Position numbers and translations under genes: made by a program. A DNA stretch of 63,490 nucleotides, filler included, from Hausera hauseri (lineage: Eukaryota): assembly GCA_046269625.1 (NCBI GenBank). It is 11 parts of 11 records of this genome, joined end to end, with 100 filler letters (N's around TTAATTAATTAA, not from the genome) between each part and the next. Parts side by side here need not be neighbours in the genome. Positions count along the whole stretch, not along the records: positions 8,961 to 14,163 come from JBJURY010308498.1; positions 14,264 to 20,448 come from JBJURY010127984.1; positions 20,549 to 25,051 come from JBJURY010551118.1; 8 more parts are not named here. One strand, written 5' to 3'. Positions 12,180 to 25,036 of the stretch are shown piece by piece. Under the pieces are notes generated by a model. That model was not told the DNA's origin. It was given only the letters and a program-made list of their open reading frames with translations, and searched no databases. Within the stretch, counting starts at the first letter, position 1; each line of letters opens with the position of its first letter.

Positions 12180-13228
12180 AGGCCTTGATCGATTACAGTT
12201 CCCATGCTCCATCTTCATCTGCCACCAAGCTCCTCTGCTCCACCAGTCTCCCACAGGCCGATTCGGAAGGTCTTGATCGCTTACAGATCCCATGCCCCAT
12301 CGTCTTCTTTCAACAACCTCCTCTTCTTTAATGCTCCAGTGTCTTTGCTCCACTAAGCTCCTCTGCTCCGTCAGTCTCCTATAGACCGAATTGGAAGGTC
12401 TTGATCACTAGTGATGATGGATTCATACAAATTCTCACTAGTTGTTATGGACATTGGTTCCTGCAGCTTTGGAAGGTTTCTATATGCTTAGCACTCTCAT
12501 GCTCAATCATCTTCTTTCAATAACTTCTTCTGCTCCCATGCTCCATCATTGTGGTTCCACCAAACTCCCATGCTCCATCGTCTTCCACCCACCAAGCTCC
12601 TCTGCTTCACCAGCCTCCTACTGCTCGAATGTCTTGGTCACTAGTGGTTATGGATACTGATTCTTTCCTACAAAGTCTCACTAGTCGTTATGGACACTGA
12701 TTTCAGCTACAAAGTCTCACTAGTGGTGATGGACACTGGTTCCTACAGCTTTGGCCACTATATACTCAAAGGCTCCCATGCTCTATCGTCTTCCACCCAC
12801 CAAGCTCCCATGTTCTATCGTCTTCTTTGCAGCTCCACCAAGCTCCTCTGCTCCCATGCTCCATCGTCTTCTTTCAACAACCTCCTCTGCTCCCATGCTC
12901 CATTGTCTTCTTTCAACAACCTCCTCTGCTCCCATGCTCCATCGTCTTCTTTGCGGCTCGACCAAGCTCATCTGCTCCCATGCTCCATCGTCTTCTTTGC
13001 GGCTCCACCAAGCTCCTCTGCTCCCATGCTCGATCGTCTTCTTTGCGGCTCCACCAAGCTCCTCTGCTCCACCAGCCTCCCACAGCTTGAATGTCTTGAT
13101 CGGTATAGGCTTACAGCTCCCATGCTCCACCAGCCTCCTACTGATTCGGAAGGGCCCTAGTGGTGATGGACACTGGTTCCTTCCTACAAAGTCTCACTAG
13201 TGGTAATGGACACTGGTTCCTTCCTACA
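12180..13228. repeat. Composite minisatellite (39/48-bp CTCCCATGCTCCATCGTCTTC units and ~40-bp AAAGTCTCACTAGTGGTGATGGACACTGG units)
   Basis: Directly visible repeats, same family as 9530-10060. Confidence 0.85.
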
Positions 13229-14163
13229 AAAAGAACAAGGAATTGATCCCACAAAAGATGTTATGGCCATACAGAGGCGTAGAGAAGCGACAGAGAAGGC
13301 CATCTGTGAACTGTCTTCATCAATGCAGACAGATATTAAGTGCCATATCTGACGATGAATGCCTCTGGTCCTAGACATGAATCTTAAACTAACACGGTCA
13401 CAGTTTGAATACATTATTGAACATCCGGTTAAGAGGACGGTTGGACCATGCCAGATGGGCTTACAAGATGCAGAAGTAAAGGAGGCAGATATTGGAGAGG
13501 TTATTCTTGTTGGTCACATGACTCGTATGTCAAAGGTCCAGGAATTATTTGGCAGGACTCCGAGCGAGTCTGTTAATCCAGATGAAGCGATAGGTGCTGC
13601 TATTCACGGAGGGGTACTTGCTGATGATGTTACGGATGTTCTGTTATTGGATGTTACTCCTCTGCCACTGGGCATTGGGACTCCTGGCGGTGTCTTCACC
13701 AAACTCATTAACAGAAATACCACCATCCCAACTTAGAAAAGCCAGGTTTTCTTCGTGCTGCTTATGGAGAGATACAAGTCGAAATCAAAGTTTACCAAGG
13801 AGAACGAGAAATGGCTTGTAACAACAAATTGTTGGGACAGTTCACTCTGGTTTGGAATATCGCCAGCGCCACGAGATGTTCCTCAAACTGAAGTTACATT
13901 CGCCATCGATGCCGGTGGAATTGTTAATGTTTCTGCCCGAGACAAAGGACAGGAATGGATCAACAAATTGTGATCCAGTCTTTTGGTGGATTATCTAAAG
14001 ATGGGCTTAACAACATGGTCAGAAATGCAGAGGTACATATTGAGGAAGACGAGAAGAAAGGTGCTGAACAAAGCAGGTGAAATATTTCATGACACAGAAA
14101 ATAAAATGGAAGAGTTCAAGGACCAGCTTCCCAAGGAGGAGTGTGACAAACTGAGGTAAAAGA
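13229..14163 (+). pseudogene. HSPA9: 5'-truncated intronless pseudogene of mitochondrial HSP70 (mortalin/HSPA9-like)
   Basis: [94 protein letters not shown]. Stops and frameshifts, no introns. Confidence 0.9.
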
Positions 14164-14263
14164 NNNNNNNNNNNNNNNNNNNNNNNNNNNNNNNNNNNNN
14201 NNNNNNNTTAATTAATTAANNNNNNNNNNNNNNNNNNNNNNNNNNNNNNNNNNNNNNNNNNNN

Positions 14264-14488
14264 ACCATAATTTACAAATTAATTTTACGAAATGTCACTT
14301 CTTCCAAAAGCGTATTAACTTTCTCGGACACATCATTTCAACAAATGGTCATTCTCCTCAACCAAAACGCTTTGAAGCTCTCAAAAGTATACAACTACCT
14401 CGAACAACAACAGAAATGAGGAGCTTTTTGGGAACTTTGCACTTCTTTCACAAGTATGTGCCGAACTGCTCTGAACTTACCGCACCAT
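14264..14488 (+). mobile_element. Gypsy RT C-terminal fragment, inverted relative to the adjacent element
   Basis: KCHFFQKRINFLGHIIS...MRSFLGTLHFFHKYVPNCSELTAP. Similar but not identical to the reverse complement of ~15507-15730. Confidence 0.85.
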
Positions 14489-17400
14489 TCAAGTGCGTAG
14501 GAAAAGGTCGGCTATTGTGTCCGTGTTAGTGCTCCGTAGGGGGACAGCTTCTGGCCAACATGAGGAACCATCCATCATGGTTAAAATTAACTGATCACCG
14601 TTGTCAAGAGGAAGAGGGCCAACGAAATCAACATGAACAGACTCGAAATGTGATGTGCAAGGGAAACGATATAGTGGTGGCTTTAAATGTTTGGTGGTTT
14701 TAAATTTCTGGCAGGCCACGCACTCCTTAACCCACGCTTGCACATCGGAACGCATAGTCGGCTATATTACTTGCCGGTGGAGTAAGAGAAAAATTTCCTT
14801 AGCACCAGGATGATGCAGTGAATGTACACTGTTAAACGCTTGCCGTTGTAAAGGTGGTGCAAGAATTATTACGGAATGACCTGGTTTGGAAATGTCTAAA
14901 TCCACGCCGTCAACAAATGTACAAGACTTAAAAGAATTAAGTATTTCCTGAGGTGGCTGATTCTGTTGGAGTTGTACTTGAGAGGAGATTGGTGAAAAAT
15001 TAATCGAACTAACCGTCCGAAATAGAAAATCGGAAACCAAATTATTAACCCCGTTAATATGTTTAATGTCAAAGTTAAACGTCGACAGATATGATATCTG
15101 TCGTTCTTGGTGCGAGGAAGGATGTTTCATAGTCATGATGTTTAGCAAGGGCTTGTGATCGGTCTGTATAATAAAACGGCGAGCGATAAGTAGGTGGGAG
15201 AAATGCTTTAAAGCAAGAACTATGGCCAATAATTCCAGATCGAACTTTGAATATCGAGTTTTAGGGAATGTTAGCTTACGAGAGAAAAATTCTAGTGGTC
15301 GATCTTCTCCTTTGTGTATTTGGTGAAGCACAGCATCTACCGCAGTGGTTGAAGCGTCTGTAGTAAGGATGAGTTCCGCATCAGGCTTGGGAAAAGCGAG
15401 AATGTCGACGGTCTTAATTCCTTCGCGTAGCTTATGAAACTTATCAACCAGTTAATGTGTCCACTGGATTGGCTGATGTTTTTGCCGCCACTTAAGTGAG
15501 CAAATGATGCGGTAAGTTTAGAGCAGTACGGCACATACTTGTGAACGAAATGCAAAGTTCCCAAAAAGCTTCTTATTTTTGTTGTATTTCGAGGTAGCTG
15601 CACGTTTTTAGGGGTTTAACCCGATCGGGCTGAGGCGAGTGACCTTCGGCAGAAATAATGTGACCAAGAAAATTTATACGCTTCTGGAAAAAGTGACATT
15701 TGGCGAAATTGATCTGCAGGTTATGCTGGTGTAAACGTCGAAAGATTAATCTGAGGTGTTCCTCGTGTTGTTGGTTCCAAAAGGAAACAACTAATATGGC
15801 ATCAACATATGGATGAGCATATGGAAAATCAGAGAGGATAGCATCAATATGGCGTTGAAAAGTCTGTGCGGCATTCCGTAGGCCGAAAGGTATGTAGATA
15901 TATTCATAAAGGCCAAAAGCAGTAGTTACTGCTGTTTTTTCGATATCTTCAGGTGATACCGGAATTTAGTGGTAGGTTTTGAATAAATTACTGGTAGAAT
16001 AAATTGTAGTGTTGTTAAGACGATGTAAGATATCCTTAATGAGTGGTAGCGGGTATGCATCCATTATTGTCAAAGTGTTCAACTGAAGATAGTCGCCACA
16101 TTGTCGAAAAGTTCCGTCCTTCTTTTGTACGACATGTAATGGTGACGACCATGAGGATTTGGAGCGACGTACAATGCCGGAATGTTGGAGTTAGAGAAAT
16201 TCGGCTTCAACTGCTTGTCTACGATGAGGAGATAATGGACGCACTTTTTGGCGGATAGGTCTTTGATGTTGCGTCAAAATGTGGTAAAAAGTGGTATTTG
16301 CTGGAGTAAAAGACCTGTCTTTTTTAATAATTCTAGAACAGGATACGTTAATGAATTGTGCAGACTTGCAGGTAATTGTGAAAAGCTTGGTGGGAGCAGG
16401 GTGGTTTTGTCGGTAACTGTTGCAATTTGGACATTATTTGGTGATCTAAAATGAAGTGGTATTCGATGAAGGGTGGTAGTATTGAAGATGGTATTGTAGC
16501 TGGTAGTTTTATCTAATGAATTGGCAGTGGTAACGGAATCACTCTCATTGCCGTGTAAACCACAATTGTCAGTAATATTGTTCTTTAGTAATTTATAAAA
16601 TAAGGTACCATGATTGTAAGAAAAAGGTTTGTTCGAAGGTTTTTTAATATAGGTTTTTGACTTGCATTCACCAGCACGACAGACGAAATGGTATCGACGT
16701 GATCGAATCGCTCCTTAGTGCAACAACTTGCTAAGCAACGTTGTTTGCAATCGACGAGAAGGTTATAGTGCAAAAGAAAATCGGATCCTAAAATGGACAT
16801 TTGCAACAGTAGACGTCCAGTGAAACATCGAAGTAAATTTTGGAAGGGTAAAAGAAAGCCTGCGTGTACCGGAAACATGTAGCGGTTATCCGGAAGCTGT
16901 AAAAAGAGGTTTATTGTTGAATGAAGTGTGTTGGGTTGGAAAGGTGAGTGGCAGTAAAGAAATCGCTGAACCTGAATCGATGAAAAAATCTATGTGGCGA
17001 GTTGTTGGTAACGTAGTTATTGCTTTTACGTAAATACGGCGAAAGAAAGTTTTCGGCTGGTAGAAACTGAACAATGGCCCTCGCCAGGACTCGCCGTAAG
17101 CACTGGCGGCGTAATTAGTTTTTTGGCAGTGGTGAACTTGGGCGGTTGTAAGAAGATGAACAATACGTCCGACGTTCGTATGCTGTATGTTGCTTCTAAA
17201 GGTACAACCAGAGATACACTTATGTGCCTCATTCTTAAATTTTGCGTGGTAGATGCAAATAGGGTTGTTAGCTTGCTACATGTGGGTGTAAAAACGGCAC
17301 CCGAGATGATGCTTTTGTGCTTTAGGATCAAACCTCTTATGGTAGAAACGGGTCGGCGATCGCGCAGGAGACGGTGACCGACCTCTGAATACAGAGCGTG

Positions 17401-18470
17401 TGCGATCGGAGGTGGAACTCTTTCGTTGAGACAGAGATTTCATTTAATCTATCATTGCTATTGTTTATTGTATTATGTAGGGCTGTGTTTTCGGCACGCA
17501 ACTGTTGTATTTGATATTCTAGTGTGTTGTCGTCTGCTGTAAGTGCTGCAGAAATGATAGGTTGAGTGTTCAAATGCAATATATCATACGTTTTGTCCAC
17601 AAGTTTGGTTAACTTATCCAGCGCCGGCGATTCCTCGACGACGGTAAGCAGGCTCTGATCTGGATCGATAATGCGTTTAAAAAGTAACGTCGTAAGAGAT
17701 CGGAATTATTTTGTTTGGTAACTCCGAGTGTTTGCAGTTGAGCGAGAGATTCTGAGAAAATCGTATGGTTTTTGCGTACCCATAACACGATCATTGAGGA
17801 ATCTATGGATTGTGGAATCCATAGAGGGTTCCATGAGTTTTAAAACTGTATTATATAGATGGATGTACGGGTCAGATTGTGAAAGGAAGTTTTTACTTTG
17901 TTTGGTAAAAGGCAAAGTAAATTATGAGCTTTGGCAGATGGATCGGTAATGTTGTCAGACTGTAGCCAGAGTTTGTGAATGTTAGGCCAGGTTTTTCTGG
18001 ACTTTTCGTGACCAATAAAGTATTCTGTGCACTGAGAAGTGTGTTTGAATAGCGAGATGAAAGATGTATAAGTGATCAAAGCAGATGGCATAGTTACGGT
18101 CGTTGATTTTTGGTGAAGTGAAAGGTGATGGTTTAGAGGTAGTTTTATCAGTAGTGTCAATGGTGGGAGAAGATTTCATGACACCACGAATGCAACTGTG
18201 TACGTGAATAATGACATAATAGGATGAAGGAGCAAAAAGGTTGCGAAAATTGACATTAATTACAGGTAAGTTGTGAGGTAAAAATAAGGAAAATTAGCAA
18301 AGTGTAGCACATAATTGGTCAAGTAATGTCTATAAAATACGTTGTATCGAGTGTAAGAAAATTTCGATTATTTAGGAGGAATAAAAAGGAAAGAGTCGGT
18401 GTTGGCTCTAGTGGTGACGCAACGGACCGAAGCGTAGATCCCACTAACATTGGACAACCGGTTTGGCAGT
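14489..18470 (-). mobile_element. Degraded Ty3/Gypsy element of CsRn1/Kabuki type (gag-PR-RT-RH-IN), integrase truncated
   Basis: Gag motif CIYHAKFKNEAHKCISGC (CX2HX9CX3C, ~17205-17260); protease FIDSGS (16886-17074); RT PFGLRNAAQTFQR; RNase H ELLAI...TDHKPL; integrase HVDFVGPLP. Possible LTR end and degenerate tRNA-Trp PBS near 18470-18490. Confidence 0.9.
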
Positions 18471-18658
18471 CGGTCACGCTGTGATGTACTCGGAACTCAA
18501 CAGCTTTGTAATGAGTATTGTGAAGGATCTTTGACGATGAATCGATATAACCTTTATCACGTTAGGGGTCGGAACGATGTCAAATTTAGTTAGACATATA
18601 TTTATTCTCATAAGGTGAGTAATAGCCATAAGACCTGCTGTCTTTATGTCATATTCTT

Positions 18659-19627
18659 TTAAATCAAGTCTGATGAGCTGTAATATAGCAGCGTACTGCC
18701 AGCATCGGAATCGTAATCGTCTGATCCGTAATACAAGTCATTAATGATGTTTATTCTGGAAGTACATTGGCTCGACTGCGGTGCCGCAATACCGGACAAG
18801 TCGCTTGTTCTCACTGACGGCATGAACGTTTCCAATTCCCGTCGAAAATTAGCCAATGATGCCATTGTAGCTAATTCTTCATCTTCTTCGTTTTCCTCTC
18901 TTAAAATCATGCCGATTCTTCGTGCAGTACCATCAAAACTCTGCTGCTGATGATCAGTTTGTGATAGTGTCTGTTTCGTAGACTTACTTGTAAACGAATT
19001 GGCTCGTTGGATTTTACGATTCATTCTTTCAATGTCGGCAAGATCAGCTGCGTCCTCTTTTCTCATAAATGGTGAGTAATATGGAAGAGGAGGCGGGTCT
19101 ATACGTAGCAGTGGCGTACAATCAACTTCTGAACTTAACCTGGTCTGGTCACTGGATGTTTTCAATTTAAATACATCACATTGTAAATTATTGGTGGACT
19201 GGATAAATCCAGGAAACCAATGCACATACATCTGCATTTTGTAGAAGGAAATATTTTCTGCTGAGGTAAAAGGAGAATCACCAGAAGTTTGAGAATTTTC
19301 AGGCTGCAGAGGTTTGCGTCGTACACCTGGTGCACATTGCCTTATGCTGTCGCAACTGAATGAGAACGAAGTACAGTTAATATCACTTTCTGATGAACAG
19401 TTTTGTAACGAATCGATTTGATTTTCATCTGATGCAAATGGACTGAGTGATATCGATGGGATTATCATCATAGGAGGAATTGACATCAGAATATTTCCTG
19501 TTTTGTCTCGACTACTTGTGATGTAATCAATGTAAAACATTGAATTTACTCCCAGAAAAGCACCGTGATTAGTATTTTTAAGATACCCTTCATCAACTTG
19601 TACAGCCCAATAGTAAAGTTTAACCAA
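18659..19627 (-). CDS. 322-aa Ser-rich ORF, probably the C-terminal tail of the adjacent kinase copy
   Basis: Long open frame directly downstream of the kinase domain, same strand. No recognisable domain. Confidence 0.45.
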   Translation of the reverse strand: MVKLYYWAVQVDEGYLKNTNHGAFLGVNSMFYIDYITSSRDKTGNILMSIPPMMIIPSISLSPFASDENQIDSLQNCSSESDINCTSFSFSCDSIRQCAPGVRRKPLQPENSQTSGDSPFTSAENISFYKMQMYVHWFPGFIQSTNNLQCDVFKLKTSSDQTRLSSEVDCTPLLRIDPPPLPYYSPFMRKEDAADLADIERMNRKIQRANSFTSKSTKQTLSQTDHQQQSFDGTARRIGMILREENEEDEELATMASLANFRRELETFMPSVRTSDLSGIAAPQSSQCTSRINIINDLYYGSDDYDSDAGSTLLYYSSSDLI

Positions 19628-19809
19628 TTTCGCGGCGTCTGTGTTACAGTAAGGTGTATAGTTTTTTACATTTTCAAGACTGTTTCGGCAGCAATTATAT
19701 GATACATGAAGTCGGGTTTTATCACTGGACGACTGATCAAACTTCTGCTTATTGTTTTAACGAAGTGTTTATGATTTCATCGATATTTCTGTTTTCGGAA
19801 CTTTCCTGT

Positions 19810-20448
19810 TCATCTGACTGATTTTTGTGTGATGGAATTTAATATGCTGTTATGGGCGGCTTGGAGGTAAATTTTTAACAGAGGATTATTAAAAAATCGA
19901 CAAATTTTATACTTTAAAATATAGTAAGCTGAATATGTTCGATTCAAGAAGGAATTACGAATTTCATCTTCATCAATATTGTTTGATGCCTGCATCCATG
20001 GAGTGTTGATAATTAGTTCGATTCGAAATCGTTTTGTTGAATCGACTTGAAGCATTCCATCAACCAGATATTGGCAGGAGGGTGAAAGAAAAAACGAAAA
20101 CCTCATTAATCCACGAAGAACTTGATTTCCTGTCTCCCAAACTTTCACCAGGAAAGGGAGTGAACCGCAACCCAGTATATATAAAACCACACCCAAACTC
20201 CAAACGTCCGGCAATGAAACATCGTACAATTCTCCTTTGAACAATTCGGGAGCAGCATATGACTGACTACCACAATGTGTCGGCAAGAATGTTTCCGAAA
20301 AAATTGCAAAATCCAACATAGGCAAATTTAATTTGATAGTCAGAATTCAAAAGTAAATTCTCCGCCTTTAAATCTCGATGGACGACTTCGGGTTTGTGGC
20401 ATAAATGTATTGCACAAACAATTTGCCAAAATAGTTCCCGGGCATCCT
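19810..20448 (-). pseudogene. AMPK-related (SIK/MARK-like) Ser/Thr kinase, disabled and intronless over this span
   Basis: [43 protein letters not shown]...GSLPF. The DFG position reads AYVGF and is followed by a frameshift at ~20300. Confidence 0.85.
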
Positions 20449-20548
20449 NNNNNNNNNNNNNNNNNNNNNNNNNNNNNNNNNNNNNNNNNNNNTTAATTAA
20501 TTAANNNNNNNNNNNNNNNNNNNNNNNNNNNNNNNNNNNNNNNNNNNN

Positions 20549-23500
20549 TGGAGCAGTACTATGGTGCCACAACGGTTCACGGTAAACGGGCCTATGTATG
20601 TCCCGGTTGTTCTATAGTTGAGACGCAAGTCAATTATGAACAATTCTACAACAACCACAAGCATCAGCAAGCCTTGACAGATCGTACGTGGACATGAAGG
20701 TGGATACGTCGGCAAAAACAGCAACGCAATTGAAGGATGTACCCGCTAATGTACGTAACCGGTTGGAACCAGAGGTGGCCAAATTCCAACAACACCACCA
20801 CCACTGCGAAATGCAATATTATGCTTTTGCAGAATTTGAAAATCTGCAAGGTGACAGGAAACAATGGTTCCTGTCATATAGAGCCGTACCATACTCTGAG
20901 GATTTTATTGCCAATGTAGGCGAAAAGCTTGACGAAAAAATCGCCAACTACACGAAAAAGGGCAGTGGTTGGAGAATTGTAAAGATTGTCACTCTCGGCT
21001 TTATTGTGACCAAGACGAGTGACATGATTTACCTGTCCGGACGTTCATTCATACCGACACCTGCATCCTTGAAGCAATCTCTGGCGGTAGTGAATGTACA
21101 AAATACTAACGACGAATAATGCTTTATTTACAGCATTTTGGCCATATTTAAATATGATCAAGTGTCCAGACATCATGCAAATTTTCCAAAGCAGTACAGT
21201 AAGTATTTTTCAGAATTGGACTACGACGAGTGTTGGATGCCGATGAGAAACGAAACCATACCGGCTTTTGAACGGCGTAATCCGACAGAGGCCATCAACG
21301 TGTTCCGGTTCAACACAATCGTAGAAATACCGGTGGATGAGGAAATTTACAAGAATCCTCATGTGGACATAATTTATCGCAGTCGAAATCCAATTGTATG
21401 CCCAGTAAATTTGTTGATGGAGAATGAAGAAATGTTTCATTACACGGCCGTGATTAATTTGGACAGATTGTTGAACATGGAGCGTGACCAGTTCATCAAA
21501 AAGCGTATACGGTGCAAATGGTGTCCCGTGTGTCTACATGGATTCCGGTCAAATGAGACATGGGAAAAGCATGTGGCGCTGTTCAGGCAAACTTCATTAG
21601 GAACCACAATATGTTATGTCAGTCAAAAAGGAGTTGTGATTTAGTGATTGGTCAAAAACGGACAGTCCTGCATATATGGTGTGCCGATATAGACGTAATT
21701 GTACCACGGCACAATGTATACGACCAAAAGCAGGTACCAATTACCGTCAGTATGTTGCTAGTACCAACAAAGGCCGCCGGATAACCGCAGTATTACGTTT
21801 TCCATGGTTGGAACTGTGTACGTGATTTCCTGCAGCAGTTGGAAACCATAGTGGAAACGGAAATCGCGCCGTGGTATCGCAAAAATTGCAATAAGCCATT
21901 GATTTGGGCAGACGAATATCAACCGTTGCTTTTCGCTATTACCAATGAATGTTATCTGTGCCACAAAATATTGCCGCTTGATGCACAGGAACGGCTAGTA
22001 CTGGATCAGGACCATTTTATCGGTCGATATCTCGGAGCAGCATGCAATTCATGCAATTTGGCAAGGCGTGTGCGGCCATTCCTGACGGTGATTTTTCATA
22101 ACTTCCGGAGTTATGATTGTCACATTTTAAAATGGAGAAATACCTGTCACTGTCTGCTCGTATTAACCGGTTCAAGGTACGCTTCCTTGATTCATTGCAA
22201 TTTTTCAATGAATCATTGGCAAATCTGGTAAATGCCTTGCCAGATGTGCCGCCAACATTGACTCTGTTCCATGTGCATATTGCGCTTAGCAAAGGCATAT
22301 TCCGGTTTGACTTTACGATATCGTACGAGCGGTTCCAGACGACAGACGAATTACCACCGCGATGGGCGGGTATTACAGAAGAACATCACAAAGCACAATC
22401 TTTTTGGGCAGAAGTGGGCTGCAGAAACCTGTTGGAGTACATGCTTCAGTAGCTGAAATTGGACGTGTAACTGTTAACCGATGTGTTTCAGACATTTCGA
22501 GCTAAAGCGTTGGCAGAAGATAAGCTGGAGCTACTAAACTTTTACTCAACACCCGGAATGAATTGGGCATCAGCTCTGATGTCACTGGATCGGGATATCG
22601 AGCTATTGCAAGACCGTGAAATGTACCGAATGTTTGACGTTGGTATTTGTAATGGCATGACATTTATCAACAGGTACCGTGTAACCAGTGATGATACCAC
22701 ATCACTGTTGTATATCGACATTAATAACCTGTACGGCTGGGCGCTTTCACAACCCTTGCCGTACGGTTCATTCGAATGTGTAGTTGACAAACAGGACCTG
22801 GACACAATACTGGAAAATTTGCCGAGATCAGACACGACAGCAGAAAACAGCTCAATTGGATACCTGATGGAAGTCGATTTCGTGGTACGAGATGAGCTGC
22901 ATGACTTTCTGGATGAACTGCCGGTCGCACCAATCAGCAATATCCATCGGTCTCGAAGATGAAGGAACTGCTTATGACGCATGAACCCAAGCAAAATTAC
23001 ATAGTTCATTGGCGTCTGGTGCAATTTTAAATGTAGTTGGTTGTACGCGTCACACGGCTACATCGCGCAATCCGATTCTCAGAGGCTCCGATATTCAAGC
23101 CATACATCAGTCGAAATTCGAAAAAACGTGCTGCACCTTGTACGAAGTTTGAGAAAGACTATTACAAACTGAGAAACAATTCTCTGCGGAAAAACAGTAG
23201 AGAATCTGAAAAAGCGGCTCAATTTACGCCTATACAATAGCGAAAATTCGTTGGTCACGTACACTAGCAAGGCACAGTTCAGGCGATCAATGCGCATTGC
23301 CGATGGATTAGTTGCCGTGCTTTTAAACAGGGAAGAAGTCGTACTGTACCGGCCAAGTTATACGGGACAAGTGGTATTGGATCTGAGCAAGTTGCGGATG
23401 TATGAGCTGCAGTATCGCGATTTGGCACGTTACCGGAAAATGTTCGGCGGTAGCGGATACAGGATCAATATAAGTGCCGGTGACGCAGATAGTTTTTCTT

Positions 23501-23952
23501 GGAAGTGAGAAACGTCAATCGCGAACAAATACTGCGGCAAATGATGGTAGACGAATTACTGGACACGTCCAATTACCAACAGAATCATCCATTGTACAGC
23601 AACGCCATCACAAACAAAATCAGCTGCTTCAAGGATGAAAGTGAAGGTCGGATTCAATATCGGGAATGGGTATTTCGGCGGCCAAAATGTTAGCCTTTTA
23701 ACTGACAGTGGACCAAAAATGTGCGCCAAAGGAGTTCAGTTGGTCCAGACGAAAATAAATCACGGTGATTATCGCCGCGTCTATAAAGAAGCACAGTCAA
23801 AGGCTGTTGTGTCTCAAACGATCATCCGATCAATTGAGCACCAGCTGTATACGGTGACCAATACAAAAGTCACTTTATAATGCAATGATTATAAGCGAAA
23901 GTGGGTGGGGCGAAATAAAAGTTGGGCGTACGGACATTGGCGTTTGAGATAA
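20549..23952 (+). pseudogene. Polinton/Maverick protein-primed DNA polymerase B, heavily degraded
   Basis: GSGW...VVNVQN; DQDHFIGRYLGAACNSCNL; IFHNFRSYD; FLDSLQF; YIDINNLYGWALSQPLP; YYKLRNNS..GKTVEN; GDADS; AKGV. Confidence 0.93.
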
Positions 23953-24218
23953 CACACGTTTAGTGTTCACAAACAGTTCAGAGCATACATGCAATTCAGT
24001 CCAGCTAAATCATTGACATTTGTGATCTTTATTTTACATTCATCTGCTGTACATGTTTTGTTATATGTGATCAATAACGTATTTGTACACTAGTTTTTGT
24101 CTTCTGTTTTATAACAAGGAGATGGGACTTAAGTTGCGTTATCAAAAATAAATTAAAAAACCTCATTGCTCAAAAGCTCAAATACTTTTCATTATTAATC
24201 TAAAACAACACCAGAAAC

Positions 24219-24581
24219 TCAAATAAATTTTATTATAAACCATAAACTAACAACACCAAAAACTAAAAAGTGTATATCAAGTAAATTCATTAGGGTAAAC
24301 TTCCCCAACTTCCACATTGGTGATTTAATACCGCGCAGTTCCTTATATCCTTTCAGCTTCATTGTCAAGTATCCTTTTACCCCTTCCATTAGTAAAACTG
24401 CTGTTTGTCCACTTGCACTCATAATTTTCACCATGTTGCCTTTAAGGAAAAGCGAGGATGTATCCCGAATATCATTGGACAACATCAAATCATTGTCCAC
24501 ATTCTTTATCGTTTCCTCCAATGCATCCAAGTCACTGTCACCGATTTTCTTTGCCAATAGGCCATATTTTACCTGCTTCAT
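24219..24581 (-). CDS. Hypothetical 120-aa protein converging on pPolB, probably Polinton-encoded
   Basis: Intact ATG-to-stop ORF with a hydrophobic C-terminus, on the same contig as pPolB. Confidence 0.4.
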   Translation of the reverse strand: MKQVKYGLLAKKIGDSDLDALEETIKNVDNDLMLSNDIRDTSSLFLKGNMVKIMSASGQTAVLLMEGVKGYLTMKLKGYKELRGIKSPMWKLGKFTLMNLLDIHFLVFGVVSLWFIIKFI

Positions 24582-24870
24582 TTTGATCTATGTTGATAAT
24601 TGTAATAGAATGGGGGTTCGCAGGAAGTGTAGATTGTACCCGTTGTACACTCTAGACTGTGTGAGGGAATACGGGCCGTACTTGGACTCACTGTTCCTTT
24701 CTAAATACATATTAAGGACAAAAAGTAAAAAGGAAATGGACTTACCGCAACCTGGCACAATTGAACTGCCGGTATTTTTGTTGTTGTTGCTGCTGCTGCT
24801 GCAGATACTGTTGTTTTGTTGTGCAGACATTTTAGAGACAAATTGAAATGAAAAGACGTACATATTGATG

Positions 24871-25036
24871 CCAAATTTGTTCAAATCGGTTTATTTCCGT
24901 TGTAAACAATGAACCAAATATGTACCAACTGGTGTGTCGTCATTGTAAACAATAGACAAATGGTCAATGAAGCCAGTGACCAAATTTGTTCCAACCGGTT
25001 TGCTTTCATTGTAAACAGTAGATAAAGGGTCAATAA
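24871..25036. repeat. Three imperfect direct repeats CCAAAT(T/A)TGT...TTGTAAACA
   Basis: Units begin at ~24871, 24914 and 24980. Confidence 0.7.

Noticed and set aside
9588-13200. Many overlapping ORFs with repeated peptides (SSAPMLH, LLPCSIVFF)
   Set aside because: Translations of stop-poor minisatellites, open in several frames at once.
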